Source: an uncultured Alphaproteobacteria bacterium
GTDB taxonomy: Bacteria > Pseudomonadota > Alphaproteobacteria > CAAHEQ01 > UBA3637
DNA length: 64,000 bases
Assembly (NCBI GenBank): GCA_937906925.1
Contig: CALCTR010000041.1
Span: forward strand, 27,741 to 91,740
Reading direction: 5' to 3'
A model generated the notes under the pieces. It saw only the letters and a program-made list of their open reading frames with translations, did no database searches and was not told where the DNA came from. This document shows positions 49,764 to 59,829 of the stretch, piece by piece. The translations under genes were made by a program, and so were the position numbers. How positions within the stretch are numbered: position 1 is the first letter of the stretch; the number at the start of each line of letters is the position of its first letter.

Positions 49764-50981
49764 TTACTGAAATCTCAATGCATCAATCGGATCCAGCTTC
49801 ATCGCTTTAATTGCCGGCATCAAACCAGATACAACCCCGACAACAACAGCAACCGTTACAGAAATAACAACTGACCATAGAGAAATTGGTACATCTTTAT
49901 CAAAAATACTGCCGGCAACCTGTGAAGAAACAACCCCTAATATCATACCGACAAAACTACCCATAAAAGAAATCATCACAGATTCTGTTAAAAATTGCAA
50001 CATAATCCACTTATTAGAAGCTCCTAAAGCTTTGCGTGTTCCGATTTCTCTTGTCCTTTCCGTTACGGAAACAAGCATCATATTCATAATACCGATACTA
50101 CCAACAACAAGTGAAATAGAAGCAATAGAAGCCAATAAAACAGAGAGAATAAAACCAACATTTCTAACTTTTTCCACCATATCCGTCATTAAACGAACTG
50201 TAAAATCATTATCAGAACCCTCTTTTAGATGATGACGGGCTCTAAGCTGGTATTCAATTCTATTTGCAACAGCCTCCATTTTATCTTCACTAACGGTTTT
50301 AACAAAGGCAACATTTGTATACTGTGGTCTAAATCCGGAATGTATCCGTTGTCTAAAAGTAGTAGAAGGCATCATCACTATATTATCTTGATCTTCTCCC
50401 ATTAAACCATCACCTTTTTCTTTCAATGTTCCAATAACGGTAAAGGGTCTGCTTTTTAAACGTATAACTTTACCGATTGGGTCTTGTAATCCAAAAAGCT
50501 CCTCAACAATTGTTTGACCAATAACAACATAGGGGCGACCTGTTTTCAAATCTTTGTCTGAAAACATAACACCTTTATCAATTTCCCAATTACCGATTTC
50601 TAAATACTCAGGTGTAGTACCTGCCACACTGACACCATAATTATTAGAACCATAAACAGCCTGAACCGCACCATTTACAAGGTAGGAAGCTGTTTTAACA
50701 TCTTTTAATCCTTTTAAAGATTCTACATCGTCAAAGCTAACACTCGGACGACCACGTCCGCCTCTGACCCCGCCACTAACGGTTTCTCCCGGCCCAATAA
50801 TAATTAAGTTTGTTCCCATAGAATCAAAAGTTTTCGTAATTTCATTTTGGACAGTTTGACCAGCCGCCACCATCATCACAACGGCAGCAACCCCAATTAA
50901 AATACCGAGCATTGTTAAAAATGTTCTTAACTTGTATGCACCGATAGAAATCCAGGATTCTTTAATTATTTGAAAAATCAT
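49764..50981 (-). CDS. MacB-type (FtsX-family) ABC transporter permease
   Basis: Layout is TM1, a large periplasmic domain, then three TMs. Contains 'ERTREIGTRKALGA'. Confidence 0.85.
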   Translation of the reverse strand: MIFQIIKESWISIGAYKLRTFLTMLGILIGVAAVVMMVAAGQTVQNEITKTFDSMGTNLIIIGPGETVSGGVRGGRGRPSVSFDDVESLKGLKDVKTASYLVNGAVQAVYGSNNYGVSVAGTTPEYLEIGNWEIDKGVMFSDKDLKTGRPYVVIGQTIVEELFGLQDPIGKVIRLKSRPFTVIGTLKEKGDGLMGEDQDNIVMMPSTTFRQRIHSGFRPQYTNVAFVKTVSEDKMEAVANRIEYQLRARHHLKEGSDNDFTVRLMTDMVEKVRNVGFILSVLLASIASISLVVGSIGIMNMMLVSVTERTREIGTRKALGASNKWIMLQFLTESVMISFMGSFVGMILGVVSSQVAGSIFDKDVPISLWSVVISVTVAVVVGVVSGLMPAIKAMKLDPIDALRFQ

Positions 50982-51700
50982 AACTTATCCTTTTTATAAT
51001 CTTTACGAAACCCATCATACTCTTTTTTACCGTCATGAATCTTAATCATTCGCTTTGCATAATCGGCAACATCATCTTCATGCGTAACCAAAACAATTGT
51101 TATTCCTTTTTTATTTAACTCAGTAAATAAAGCCATAATTTCATTAGAAGTTGCTGTATCTAAATTGCCAGTCGGCTCATCTGCAAAAATAATAGAAGGG
51201 TTGTTAATCAAGGCTCTAGCTATTGCAACTCTTTGTTGCATTCCTCCAGAAATTTGAGTTGGCAACCGATCTTCATATCCTTTAAGCCCCACAACCGTCA
51301 ACATTTCTACTGCTCTTTTATATCTTTCTTTTTCACCAATACCCTGATAAATTAGAGGCAAAGAAACATTGTCAGCGATACTTCTTTTCATCAGAAGATT
51401 AAAATTTTGAAAAACAAAACCGATCTCATGCCCCCGAATATAAGCTAATTCATTATCCGACTTTTCTGAAACTTTTTTACCGGTTAAATAATAGTCTCCA
51501 CTTGTCGGCCTATCTAAACATCCCAAGATATTCATCAACGTTGATTTACCGGATCCGGAATGTCCCATGATGGAAACAAACTCACCTTTACTAATTTCAA
51601 AAGAAACATTTTTTAAAACAGACTGTTGCATCCCTCCTGACATATAATATGTCTTACACAAATCCTTAACATCAATAACCAAATTTGTTTCTTTTTTCAT
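50978..51700 (-). CDS. ABC transporter ATP-binding protein (MacB/LolD family)
   Basis: 'GHSGSGKST', 'ISGGMQQRVAIARAL' and 'IFADEPTGNLD'. Confidence 0.9.
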   Translation of the reverse strand: MKKETNLVIDVKDLCKTYYMSGGMQQSVLKNVSFEISKGEFVSIMGHSGSGKSTLMNILGCLDRPTSGDYYLTGKKVSEKSDNELAYIRGHEIGFVFQNFNLLMKRSIADNVSLPLIYQGIGEKERYKRAVEMLTVVGLKGYEDRLPTQISGGMQQRVAIARALINNPSIIFADEPTGNLDTATSNEIMALFTELNKKGITIVLVTHEDDVADYAKRMIKIHDGKKEYDGFRKDYKKDKL

Positions 51701-51706
51701 GTATAC

Positions 51707-52813
51707 CTACCGTTTTTTTTGAATATATTCCGTAATAAAGGTATCTCCCTCATTTAATCCGTCAACAACTTCCACATAAGAGGCATCCATAATACCTTTT
51801 GTAAAAACAATCGGCCAAATTTTACCGTCTTTTAATTGATAAACAACGCCTTGATTGGCATTTAAATCCAAAGTTATCTTAGGCAAAAATTTACGCACAA
51901 CAGCATTTGGTTTATATTGCAATGCAGCGGTCGGTATTCTTAACACATTATCCATATCATGAATTACAATTTGTACAAAAGCAGTCATTCCCGGCAATAA
52001 CTTACGTGATGAATTATCCACTTCAATTACCACCGTGTACATAACAACATTAGACTCCTCTGTCGGCGAAAGACGTATTTGTTTAACAACGCCTGAAAAT
52101 TTATCATTGGGATACGCATCCACCGTAAACGAGGCATTCATACCGGATTGGATAGCACCGATATCAGCCTCCGCAATAGAGGCTTCTATCTGCATCTTAG
52201 ACAAATCTTCCGCAATAGTAAAAAGTGTCGGAGTTTGTAAAGAAGCCGCAACGGTTTGCCCCTGCTCCACTTCTTTTGAAATAACCGTTCCTGAAACAGG
52301 CGATGTAATTTGGGCATATCCAAAATTACGATCAGCTTTGTTATATTCTGCCGTAGCCGTTAAAACATCTGCATCCGCACTAGCCAAATTAACTTCTGCC
52401 TCTTCTAAAGAAGCTTTGGCAATCAACTTATCTTTATATAACTTTTCATACCGCTTAAAATTCAAATCCGCCACTTTCTTTTTAGCATTAGCCAGATCCA
52501 ATCTTGCTTTGGCATCATTTTTATTTTCAACTAAAACAGCTGTATCCAGTTGGGCTAATAACTGCCCTTCTTTAACTTCATCATTATAATCAACCAACAC
52601 TTTTTCAACGATACCCGAAACCTGCGTCCCGACACTGACAGTATTTATCGGCTGAATTTTCCCGGAAGCCGTTACTTCCTCTATAATTTTTCCACGTTCT
52701 ACTTTCATAATCTCAAAATCTGCAGGTGAAAGATCATTATTTTCTTCTTTTGAAAAATAATAAATACCGCAGATGATTGAAACAATCGCCGTACCCAAAA
52801 TCCACTTTTTCAT
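51707..52813 (-). CDS. Periplasmic adaptor (HlyD/MacA membrane-fusion family)
   Basis: N-terminal anchor, lipoyl and coiled-coil hairpin segments, and a beta-barrel C-terminus. Confidence 0.82.
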   Translation of the reverse strand: MKKWILGTAIVSIICGIYYFSKEENNDLSPADFEIMKVERGKIIEEVTASGKIQPINTVSVGTQVSGIVEKVLVDYNDEVKEGQLLAQLDTAVLVENKNDAKARLDLANAKKKVADLNFKRYEKLYKDKLIAKASLEEAEVNLASADADVLTATAEYNKADRNFGYAQITSPVSGTVISKEVEQGQTVAASLQTPTLFTIAEDLSKMQIEASIAEADIGAIQSGMNASFTVDAYPNDKFSGVVKQIRLSPTEESNVVMYTVVIEVDNSSRKLLPGMTAFVQIVIHDMDNVLRIPTAALQYKPNAVVRKFLPKITLDLNANQGVVYQLKDGKIWPIVFTKGIMDASYVEVVDGLNEGDTFITEYIQKKR

Positions 52814-54156
52814 TAAAATCTCCCTATGGCTCTATATAATTTTGCTTTGCTTGTTAATACAGAATAATATGCAACAATAACTTCCTTACGGGCATTTGAA
52901 AGTTGCGATCCCGCTGTCAGCAAATTAAGGATATCACCTTTTCCCACCTGATAGGAGGCAAAAGCAACCCGTTCATTTTCAACAGCACTTTCCAATGCCT
53001 TCTGACTGATATCATACGAAGAAACAGCCGTTTTATAATCGTGATAAGCGGTCCAAACTTCATTTTTAATCGTCTCGGCGGTATCTTCTTTTGAAAGATA
53101 GGCTTGTTTTTCTTGATATTCTGCCTCTTTAATATTATAGGTATCCGAAAATCCCGTAAAAAGAGGAACGGATAAATTAACACCCACCGTTGTTCCATAC
53201 TTATACGAACGTTTATCGTGCCAATCATCCTCATATCCCGTTTGGGCTGAAAATGATAAAGACGGCAATGCCAACGCTTTTTGTACTTTTACATTTTCAG
53301 ACGCTGCTTCTATATCTTTTTGGCTTTTTTGTATTTCCGGTCGCTGTCTTAAAGCTGTTTCAATCATCTCTTCAACAGACATATCTTTCATTGCCAAAAC
53401 GGTTAAATCTTTATCATTTTTCGGTTTAGCTAAATTTAACCGAATATTGGGGGATATGTTTAATAAGACAGCTAACTTACCTTGATTGGTCTTAACAAGA
53501 TTTTCAGCCTGTACAACTTCCAAACGCGATTCTTCATAGCTTGTTTTTGCCAGTAACTTATCACTTAAAGAGACTAACCCCAATTCATAACGCCGAGAGG
53601 ACTCTTCATACGATTTTTTAAAACTGGCTTCACTTGTCTTAGCGCTTTTTAAAACCTCTTGAGCACTCAATAAATCAAAATAAGCATTATTAATGTTTAA
53701 AAGTGTATCCTTAATCAACGCATTGTAAGCAAATTGCGTAGAAAGCATATAATTTTCAGCTCTCTTTACTCTTGCACTTCTACCACCAAAATCATATATT
53801 AACCAAGAAAGGGCAGCATTTAGGCTATACGGATTTTCAGCCGCAGAAGTGTATTCTTCTGTTTTAGAATAAGTATCCGTTGCCGATCCTTTTAAAGTAA
53901 TATCCGGTAAATACTCAGACTTAGATTTACCTAATGAGGCCTCCCCTGCTTTAACTTCCATGTAGCCTCTGTTTAATAAGGGATTATTACAAAGACCAAT
54001 CTCTAAAAGCTCCGGCAAGCTCATTTCTTTGTCCACAATATCTTTATCAATACACCCTTTAGGAGCATTTTGTTGGAGAACCATAAATGGATCCAGTGCC
54101 TCAGCCTGTAATGCAAAAAACAACACAGAAAAACCGAATATTAAACTTTTTTTCAT
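52813..54156 (-). CDS. TolC-like outer-membrane efflux protein
   Basis: Start at 'MKKSLIFGFSVLFFALQAEA' preceded by RBS gaggag. Two OEP repeats. Confidence 0.82.
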   Translation of the reverse strand: MKKSLIFGFSVLFFALQAEALDPFMVLQQNAPKGCIDKDIVDKEMSLPELLEIGLCNNPLLNRGYMEVKAGEASLGKSKSEYLPDITLKGSATDTYSKTEEYTSAAENPYSLNAALSWLIYDFGGRSARVKRAENYMLSTQFAYNALIKDTLLNINNAYFDLLSAQEVLKSAKTSEASFKKSYEESSRRYELGLVSLSDKLLAKTSYEESRLEVVQAENLVKTNQGKLAVLLNISPNIRLNLAKPKNDKDLTVLAMKDMSVEEMIETALRQRPEIQKSQKDIEAASENVKVQKALALPSLSFSAQTGYEDDWHDKRSYKYGTTVGVNLSVPLFTGFSDTYNIKEAEYQEKQAYLSKEDTAETIKNEVWTAYHDYKTAVSSYDISQKALESAVENERVAFASYQVGKGDILNLLTAGSQLSNARKEVIVAYYSVLTSKAKLYRAIGRF

Positions 54157-54323
54157 TATAAAAACTCCTCTGCTGAGGTTAACGAGTAAATGGATAAATA
54201 TGTTCAAATATTTTCTAAAATACTAAACTTATCATCAAAAAGTGTCAATATTTTTTTTAATAAAAAAAACTTGTATTTCTAAACAACTTCAGATAAACTT
54301 ACTAAAATGAAAAGGAGTTAAAT

Positions 54324-54713
54324 ATGATCAATGAAATTACAAAAAAACTAAACAGCCTAAATAAATTAAAAGAAACAGCCCACAACTCCAAAATCTTATG
54401 GGAAGAGATGAAAATTGTTTCAGAAAAATCTTTCAAGCTACAAGAAGAAATTTTAGAACTTATCAATAAAGCTGAAGAAACCGAAGAAAATATAACGGCT
54501 CTTCAAACTCTTTTTGAAACAAGAGAACTCGTATGGGATATCATAAATGATATTACGACACAGGAAATGGTATTAAAAGAAGCTACACATACAAAAGCAA
54601 CAAAAAAAGAATGCAAATCCTCTTGTAAAGGTAAATATACAACCAAAAAAAGAACACAAGAACACAAGTGTGATTGCCAATCCGGCTGTTGTTGTGGGCA
54701 TAAACACAATTAA
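54324..54713 (+). CDS. Coiled-coil protein with a Cys/His-rich C-terminal tail, unknown function
   Basis: The last ~35 aa are 'KECKSSCKGKYTTKKRTQEHKCDCQSGCCCGHKHN'. RBS aaaggag. A putative promoter lies upstream. Confidence 0.5.
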   Translation: MINEITKKLNSLNKLKETAHNSKILWEEMKIVSEKSFKLQEEILELINKAEETEENITALQTLFETRELVWDIINDITTQEMVLKEATHTKATKKECKSSCKGKYTTKKRTQEHKCDCQSGCCCGHKHN

Positions 54714-54724
54714 TGAGGTTTAAG

Positions 54725-54973
54725 ATGCAAGAAGATATTAAGAACTTATCTTTTGAAGAAGCTATGCAAGAGCTTGAAACAGTTGTCCGCCAACTTGAGA
54801 GCGGTAAAGTTAAACTAGATGATGCCGTTAACGCCTATGAAAAAGGTGTTGCTCTTAAAAATCTATGTGAAGAAAAACTAAAAAATGCAAAATCCAAAAT
54901 AGACTTACTCGTCATTGGTGAAAATATGACCCCGTTAAAAACAGAAGATTTTGATGATGCCGTTAACAAATAA
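54725..54973 (+). CDS. xseB: Exodeoxyribonuclease VII small subunit
   Basis: Start at 'MQEDIKNLSFEEAMQELETVVRQLESG'. RBS gagg. Confidence 0.88.
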   Translation: MQEDIKNLSFEEAMQELETVVRQLESGKVKLDDAVNAYEKGVALKNLCEEKLKNAKSKIDLLVIGENMTPLKTEDFDDAVNK

Positions 54974-55844
54974 ATTAAAACAAGTCAGAACCCAAATTGA
55001 CTCTTGCCTTTTATCTGAATTTACAAATGTAAATGATTTAAGACAAGAGTTGATACAAGCTGTTGAATATACATTTATCGGAGCCGGTAAAGCCATTCGT
55101 CCTTTTCTTGTTTTAACAATCTCTGACTTATTAGGTGTAAATCCGTTATATGCCAAACAAATTGCATTGGCTCTTGAAATGGTTCACACCTACTCTCTTA
55201 TTCATGACGATCTGCCCGCGATGGATAATGATACTTTACGTAGAGGCAAACCGACTTGCCATATTCATTTTAGCGAATCAACCGCTATTTTAACAGGAGA
55301 CCTCTTATTAACAAAAGCATTTGAAATTCTCAGCGATGAAAAAACACATCCTGACGCTACAATCAGATGCAAATTAATCACTCTTTTATCAAAAAGTGCC
55401 GGCATAAACGGGATGATCGGGGGGCAAATCATAGACTTAAGTGCCGAAAAAAATCCTCTTACGGAAAAAGAGATTTATTTTATGCAATCCTTAAAAACAG
55501 GTGCCTTATTAGAATTTGCCTGTATTGCTCCGGGAATTGTTGCAAATGCATCTTCCACGATCTTAACCGCTCTTAAAGAATATGCCCATGCTATAGGTTT
55601 GTTATTTCAAATAACAGATGACTTGTTGGATGAAACGGGGGATGAAAAAACCGTTGGAAAAACACTTAAAAAAGATAAAAACGCCCATAAATCAACCTTG
55701 CTTTCCATCTACGGCAAAGAAAAAACTATTGAATTAGCTAAAAAATTGCATATACAGGCTCTTGAAGCCTTAACTGTTTCTCCCTTAAATAAAAACCCGT
55801 CCTTAAAAGAATTGGCAGATTTTATTTTAACAAGGAGCTACTAA
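54951..55844 (+). CDS. ispA: (2E,6E)-farnesyl/geranylgeranyl diphosphate synthase
   Basis: 'LIHDDLPAMDNDTLRRG' and 'FQITDDLLD' Asp-rich motifs. The xseB-ispA order matches E. coli. Confidence 0.88.
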   Translation: MMMPLTNKLKQVRTQIDSCLLSEFTNVNDLRQELIQAVEYTFIGAGKAIRPFLVLTISDLLGVNPLYAKQIALALEMVHTYSLIHDDLPAMDNDTLRRGKPTCHIHFSESTAILTGDLLLTKAFEILSDEKTHPDATIRCKLITLLSKSAGINGMIGGQIIDLSAEKNPLTEKEIYFMQSLKTGALLEFACIAPGIVANASSTILTALKEYAHAIGLLFQITDDLLDETGDEKTVGKTLKKDKNAHKSTLLSIYGKEKTIELAKKLHIQALEALTVSPLNKNPSLKELADFILTRSY

Positions 55845-55845
55845 T

Positions 55846-56499
55846 ATGGCCTTAATGAAAAAAAATGAACTTGTTAATTTTTTAAATAAACTGTTTGAAG
55901 TTTATCCCAATCCGAAATGCGAGTTAAACTATAAAAATAACTTCACTTTATTAGCAGCTATTATCTTATCCGCCCAAAGTACCGACAAAGGGGTAAATAA
56001 AGTAACAAAAACTCTTTTTGAAGTAGCAACAACACCCAGAGAAATGCTAGCACTTGGAGAAGAAGGCTTAAAACAACATATCAAATCCATTAATTATTTT
56101 AATAATAAAGCCAAATCCATTATAAATCTTTCTAAAGAATTGATAGAAAAACACAATGAAACAGTTCCCAACACTTTTGAAGAGTTACTCTCTTTAAGCG
56201 GTGTCGGCAAAAAAACGGCCAGTGTATTTTTAAACGTTGCTTTTCATGCCCCCCTTATCGGCGTGGACACACATGTTTTTCGGTTATGCCATAGACTAAA
56301 TATTTGTACAGGAAAAAATCCAGCTATAGTACAAGAAAAATTGCAAAAAATAATCCCTGCTAATTACCAACCGGATGTAGCCCTTTGTCTTGTCTTACAC
56401 GGCAGATACGTATGTACCGCAAAAAAACCAAAGTGTGCTTCATGCCCATTAATTGAAGTCTGTACCGCCTTTGACATTCAAAAGGAGAACAAATGTTAA
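55846..56499 (+). CDS. nth: Endonuclease III
   Basis: HhH 'LSGVGKKTASV' and the Fe-S cluster loop 'CTAKKPKCASCPLIEVC'. Confidence 0.92.
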   Translation: MALMKKNELVNFLNKLFEVYPNPKCELNYKNNFTLLAAIILSAQSTDKGVNKVTKTLFEVATTPREMLALGEEGLKQHIKSINYFNNKAKSIINLSKELIEKHNETVPNTFEELLSLSGVGKKTASVFLNVAFHAPLIGVDTHVFRLCHRLNICTGKNPAIVQEKLQKIIPANYQPDVALCLVLHGRYVCTAKKPKCASCPLIEVCTAFDIQKENKC

Positions 56500-58061
56500 G
56501 ATTTTTATTTTTGATGCTTTTCTTACCTATAGCCGCTTTTTCCCAAACAAACGGGTACGCGCCTGAAGTTATCTTTAACATGAGTAACCCCAATTATTAT
56601 AAAGAAAAGATTTCTGAAGTTTATAAGGGGCATCCCATTGTCAAAATAGAAAATCCAAACTATTTACAAAAAAAAGACAATTTACCAAGATTAAAACCTC
56701 TTTCTCAGGAAGAGTTATCTCAAAATACAGCACCACTTAATTTATCTTATGAAGTTAAAACACCTTTTGGCGAAAAAAGAACGGCCGGCTATATAAATCA
56801 TACAACGGATTTTTATACACAAATTCAGATTTTAGATAATAATGCTGTTTTTGTTCAGGAGTTTATTCAGTTTATTACAACAAAAGATACAGACATACAA
56901 CGCGTTATACCCACTTATTTTAAAGGGGTAAATACTTTAAAACCACTTCACATCACGTTAAATTCATTTGAAAAAAACAACAAACAAATTCCATATGTTA
57001 TTGATGAAAAAGAAGACGAATTTATTATATCAGGCACAAAAAAATATCCTGCAGGTCTACATATTCTAAAGCTAAGTTACATTATTCATAATGCCATTCA
57101 AAAGCGTGATGGTAAAAATCGCTTGTTTATTAGCTTAACAGGCTTAAAATGGCCCCTTCCCGTAGAACGCTTTAAGGTCCTTGTTTTGCATCCTTATAAA
57201 CCGACTTCTTTTGAAAAAGGTCTTTTATTCGGATCTAACAACCTGAATATCGCCAATTCTTTTAACATGGTAACAGATAATAAGGGAAGTACTGCTTATC
57301 GTCTTAAACAACCACTACCCGCCTATGCCGATGTCAAACTTTATGAAATATTTACAGAGAATGGGTTAGCTACAAATTTTAATGAATTCTTTTTTGAAAA
57401 ATTTAAATTTATTCTCTTTCCTATTTTTGCATTTTTATCTTTAACCTTTTATTTAATATTATCATATTATTATTTGAAAAAAATAGAAAAAAGAAAGAGA
57501 AATATACTAAAAAGAATTAATACATTACCATTTTTTGTTTTAACCTTTTTAAACCATAAAAAATTAACGGTTGATAACTTAACTGCCATAAAAAAAATAC
57601 AAAAATTAAATAAAAAAAGCACAATCATTTTAACTTTGGTAATCTTTTTCTTAAAAAATAGATTTTTACGTTTCTTTATACAAAAAACTTTTAACTTATT
57701 AGCCAGGTTTGTTATTTTGTTTAAATACTTAATAACGGGCATTGTTATTTTAACCGTCTTTATTACCCCATTAGTTACTCTCAACAGCCTGAATATTTAT
57801 GTAATGATTGCACTTTGTATTTTTTATATTTTAGCATACACTCTTTTTTATAAAAAAGTTTTAATCCCGGATCTGAAAAATGAAATAAGTGTTTTTAACG
57901 AAAAAATATTAAGCCCACATATTTGTTTTGGTTTAAAAGAAACAACCATTAAATCTTTTTATCTAAGATATTATAGAACAGCTTATTTGTTGAATATTCA
58001 TGATAAATTAAAAGATATTATTCTTTTTCAAAACAAAAACTTAAATCTGCCGACCGTTTAA
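56493..58061 (+). CDS. Membrane protein, DUF2207-like (signal peptide, extracytoplasmic domain, multi-TM C-terminus)
   Basis: Signal 'FLPIAAFSQ'. 'FYTQIQILDNNAVFVQEFIQFITTKDTDIQRVIPTYF' resembles the DUF2207 N-domain. The C-terminal half is hydrophobic and Lys-rich. Confidence 0.45.
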   Translation: MLRFLFLMLFLPIAAFSQTNGYAPEVIFNMSNPNYYKEKISEVYKGHPIVKIENPNYLQKKDNLPRLKPLSQEELSQNTAPLNLSYEVKTPFGEKRTAGYINHTTDFYTQIQILDNNAVFVQEFIQFITTKDTDIQRVIPTYFKGVNTLKPLHITLNSFEKNNKQIPYVIDEKEDEFIISGTKKYPAGLHILKLSYIIHNAIQKRDGKNRLFISLTGLKWPLPVERFKVLVLHPYKPTSFEKGLLFGSNNLNIANSFNMVTDNKGSTAYRLKQPLPAYADVKLYEIFTENGLATNFNEFFFEKFKFILFPIFAFLSLTFYLILSYYYLKKIEKRKRNILKRINTLPFFVLTFLNHKKLTVDNLTAIKKIQKLNKKSTIILTLVIFFLKNRFLRFFIQKTFNLLARFVILFKYLITGIVILTVFITPLVTLNSLNIYVMIALCIFYILAYTLFYKKVLIPDLKNEISVFNEKILSPHICFGLKETTIKSFYLRYYRTAYLLNIHDKLKDIILFQNKNLNLPTV

Positions 58062-58075
58062 CAACAGGAGAGAAC

Positions 58076-59164
58076 ATGAAAAAAAACATATTGTTACTGC
58101 CCCTATTACTGTTTGTATTTCAACCAAAAGCCTTTTCAAATGAGAATTCATCCTTTCCGATTTCTAAGGACATGGTTATATTATCAGCTCCTTTGAATGG
58201 CGTATTGGAGAAAAGTGCCGTCGCTAAAATGCAAGAGGCTCTTAACGAAAAATTAAATGATGACAAAGTTATTGCCTTTTATTTAACCGTTCCCTATGAA
58301 AAGAGACAATATATCTTTCCGATGTTACACATTATGCCTTTTGTTTCACATAAAATAAAAACGCATCCTGAAATTTTATTTTGGAAAAACAAAAAACCAA
58401 CTGTTATTGCTCCACAATTAAAGGAATTTGCCCAGCAACATTTAAATAATCTCTCTCCGGCCTTCTACACATTTTTAGATCCGGATTTTTGGAAAGCCCC
58501 ACCAAAAGAAGACTTATTCGGCAAAGAAAAAATACAACAAAATCCTCTTCCGGAATTAAGTCCCAAAAATGTAGATTATGTCTATCCGACGGTTAGAGAA
58601 CTCTTCAAACTTTCTGAAAATGATGACAGCACATATTATAAAACTGATTTAACAGAAACGGATATTGTTAATTTTTCAAATCTCATCATTGATTTAGATA
58701 GCTATAAACCTCAAAAATATGACTTATCCGGTTTGATGAGAGCTGTTACAACCCTCACAATAGATCAACCGCATAGAACCATTGCCGACCCATTTTTGAT
58801 GTATATATATGCGTTAGAAAAAGTAGGAGAACTCAAAAGTTTTGATGCATTTGTAAAAAAACATGGCTTTAAAAATGCTGAAGATTTTGCTTTAAAAGCA
58901 GATAATATACTCAAATCATATAAAACTCTCTCCCTTAACTTATTGATTGCCATTCAACTGGCTCAACAAAAAACAAATTACAATTTAACCGCCTTAAAAA
59001 AAGAAGATTTTTTAAAACCGGATATCCCTTTAATGGAAATGTACACCCGTTTGCACAGTGCAAAGCCAGGTGATGTTTATTTTGTAAAAAAATATAAAAA
59101 ACAACTTTCTAACATTTTTAAAACACGGTTTGTTAAATATGGCATTATGATTTCTGTTGACTAA
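58076..59164 (+). CDS. Secreted hypothetical protein
   Basis: Signal peptide 'MKKNILLLPLLLFVFQPKAFS'. No recognisable domain. Confidence 0.45.
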   Translation: MKKNILLLPLLLFVFQPKAFSNENSSFPISKDMVILSAPLNGVLEKSAVAKMQEALNEKLNDDKVIAFYLTVPYEKRQYIFPMLHIMPFVSHKIKTHPEILFWKNKKPTVIAPQLKEFAQQHLNNLSPAFYTFLDPDFWKAPPKEDLFGKEKIQQNPLPELSPKNVDYVYPTVRELFKLSENDDSTYYKTDLTETDIVNFSNLIIDLDSYKPQKYDLSGLMRAVTTLTIDQPHRTIADPFLMYIYALEKVGELKSFDAFVKKHGFKNAEDFALKADNILKSYKTLSLNLLIAIQLAQQKTNYNLTALKKEDFLKPDIPLMEMYTRLHSAKPGDVYFVKKYKKQLSNIFKTRFVKYGIMISVD

Positions 59165-59209
59165 ATTAAAAAGAAATTGTATACTCTGCTAGTAAAAAGG
59201 AGTTTTCAA

Positions 59210-59827
59210 ATGGCATGGACTGCAGAAAAAATAAAATTGTTAAAAAAATTATGGTTAAAAGGTAAAAGCACGATTGAAATCGGAAAAGAACTCGGCATTT
59301 CTAAAAATGCCGTTGTGGGAAAGGTGCACCGATTAGAATTGGCAGCCCGTCCCTCCCCGATTAAACGCACAGTTAAAGAAAAACAAACTCCCGCAAAACG
59401 AGTTATAAAAAGGGATTTAAAACCGCAAAAGATAACTTTACTGGATTTAAAATTAAATTCATGCCGTTGGCCGATTGGTGATCCAAGTGATGATGATTTT
59501 CATTTTTGCGGTGCTGACACCGTAACCGGCAAGCCTTATTGTTCAGAACACTGTAAAATAGCCTATACTTCTTTAAAAGAATTGACACTTCAAAACGCAA
59601 AAGCTAAAAAAGAAAAAGAAGAACAAGCCCTTTTAGAGCAACAGGCAGATGAACTTCTAGCCGCTGATGAAGAAAAGAAAAAAACAAAAACCTCATCTAA
59701 AAAGAAACTCTCCCTTGAAGAACAGCAAAATCTTTTAGAGCAACAAGCTGATGCTCTTTTAGCACAGGCAGATGCCAATACCGAAACAGAAACAAAGAAA
59801 AGAAGTTATAAGAAAAAGCCTGTTTAA
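59210..59827 (+). CDS. gcrA: Cell-cycle transcriptional regulator GcrA
   Basis: Start at 'MAWTAEKIKLLKKLW'. Contains 'SKNAVVGKVHRL' and 'CRWPIGDP...FHFCG'. Confidence 0.9.
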   Translation: MAWTAEKIKLLKKLWLKGKSTIEIGKELGISKNAVVGKVHRLELAARPSPIKRTVKEKQTPAKRVIKRDLKPQKITLLDLKLNSCRWPIGDPSDDDFHFCGADTVTGKPYCSEHCKIAYTSLKELTLQNAKAKKEKEEQALLEQQADELLAADEEKKKTKTSSKKKLSLEEQQNLLEQQADALLAQADANTETETKKRSYKKKPV

Positions 59828-59829
59828 TA

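Noticed and set aside
52035-52589. Long antisense or alternative-frame ORFs inside confidently assigned genes. Examples: 52035-52589, 30275-30622, 3422-3667, 3824-4102, 10313-10636, 12176-12526, 27599-27976, 60054-60422 and 57470-57784.
   Set aside because: Each lies entirely within a gene that has strong family motifs on the other strand or frame. Their compositions are low-complexity, and none has an RBS or recognisable motifs.
59590-59778. Antisense Cys/Ser/Ala-rich ORF inside gcrA
   Set aside because: It is a by-product of the GAA/AAG/GCA-rich repeat region of gcrA read on the opposite strand.
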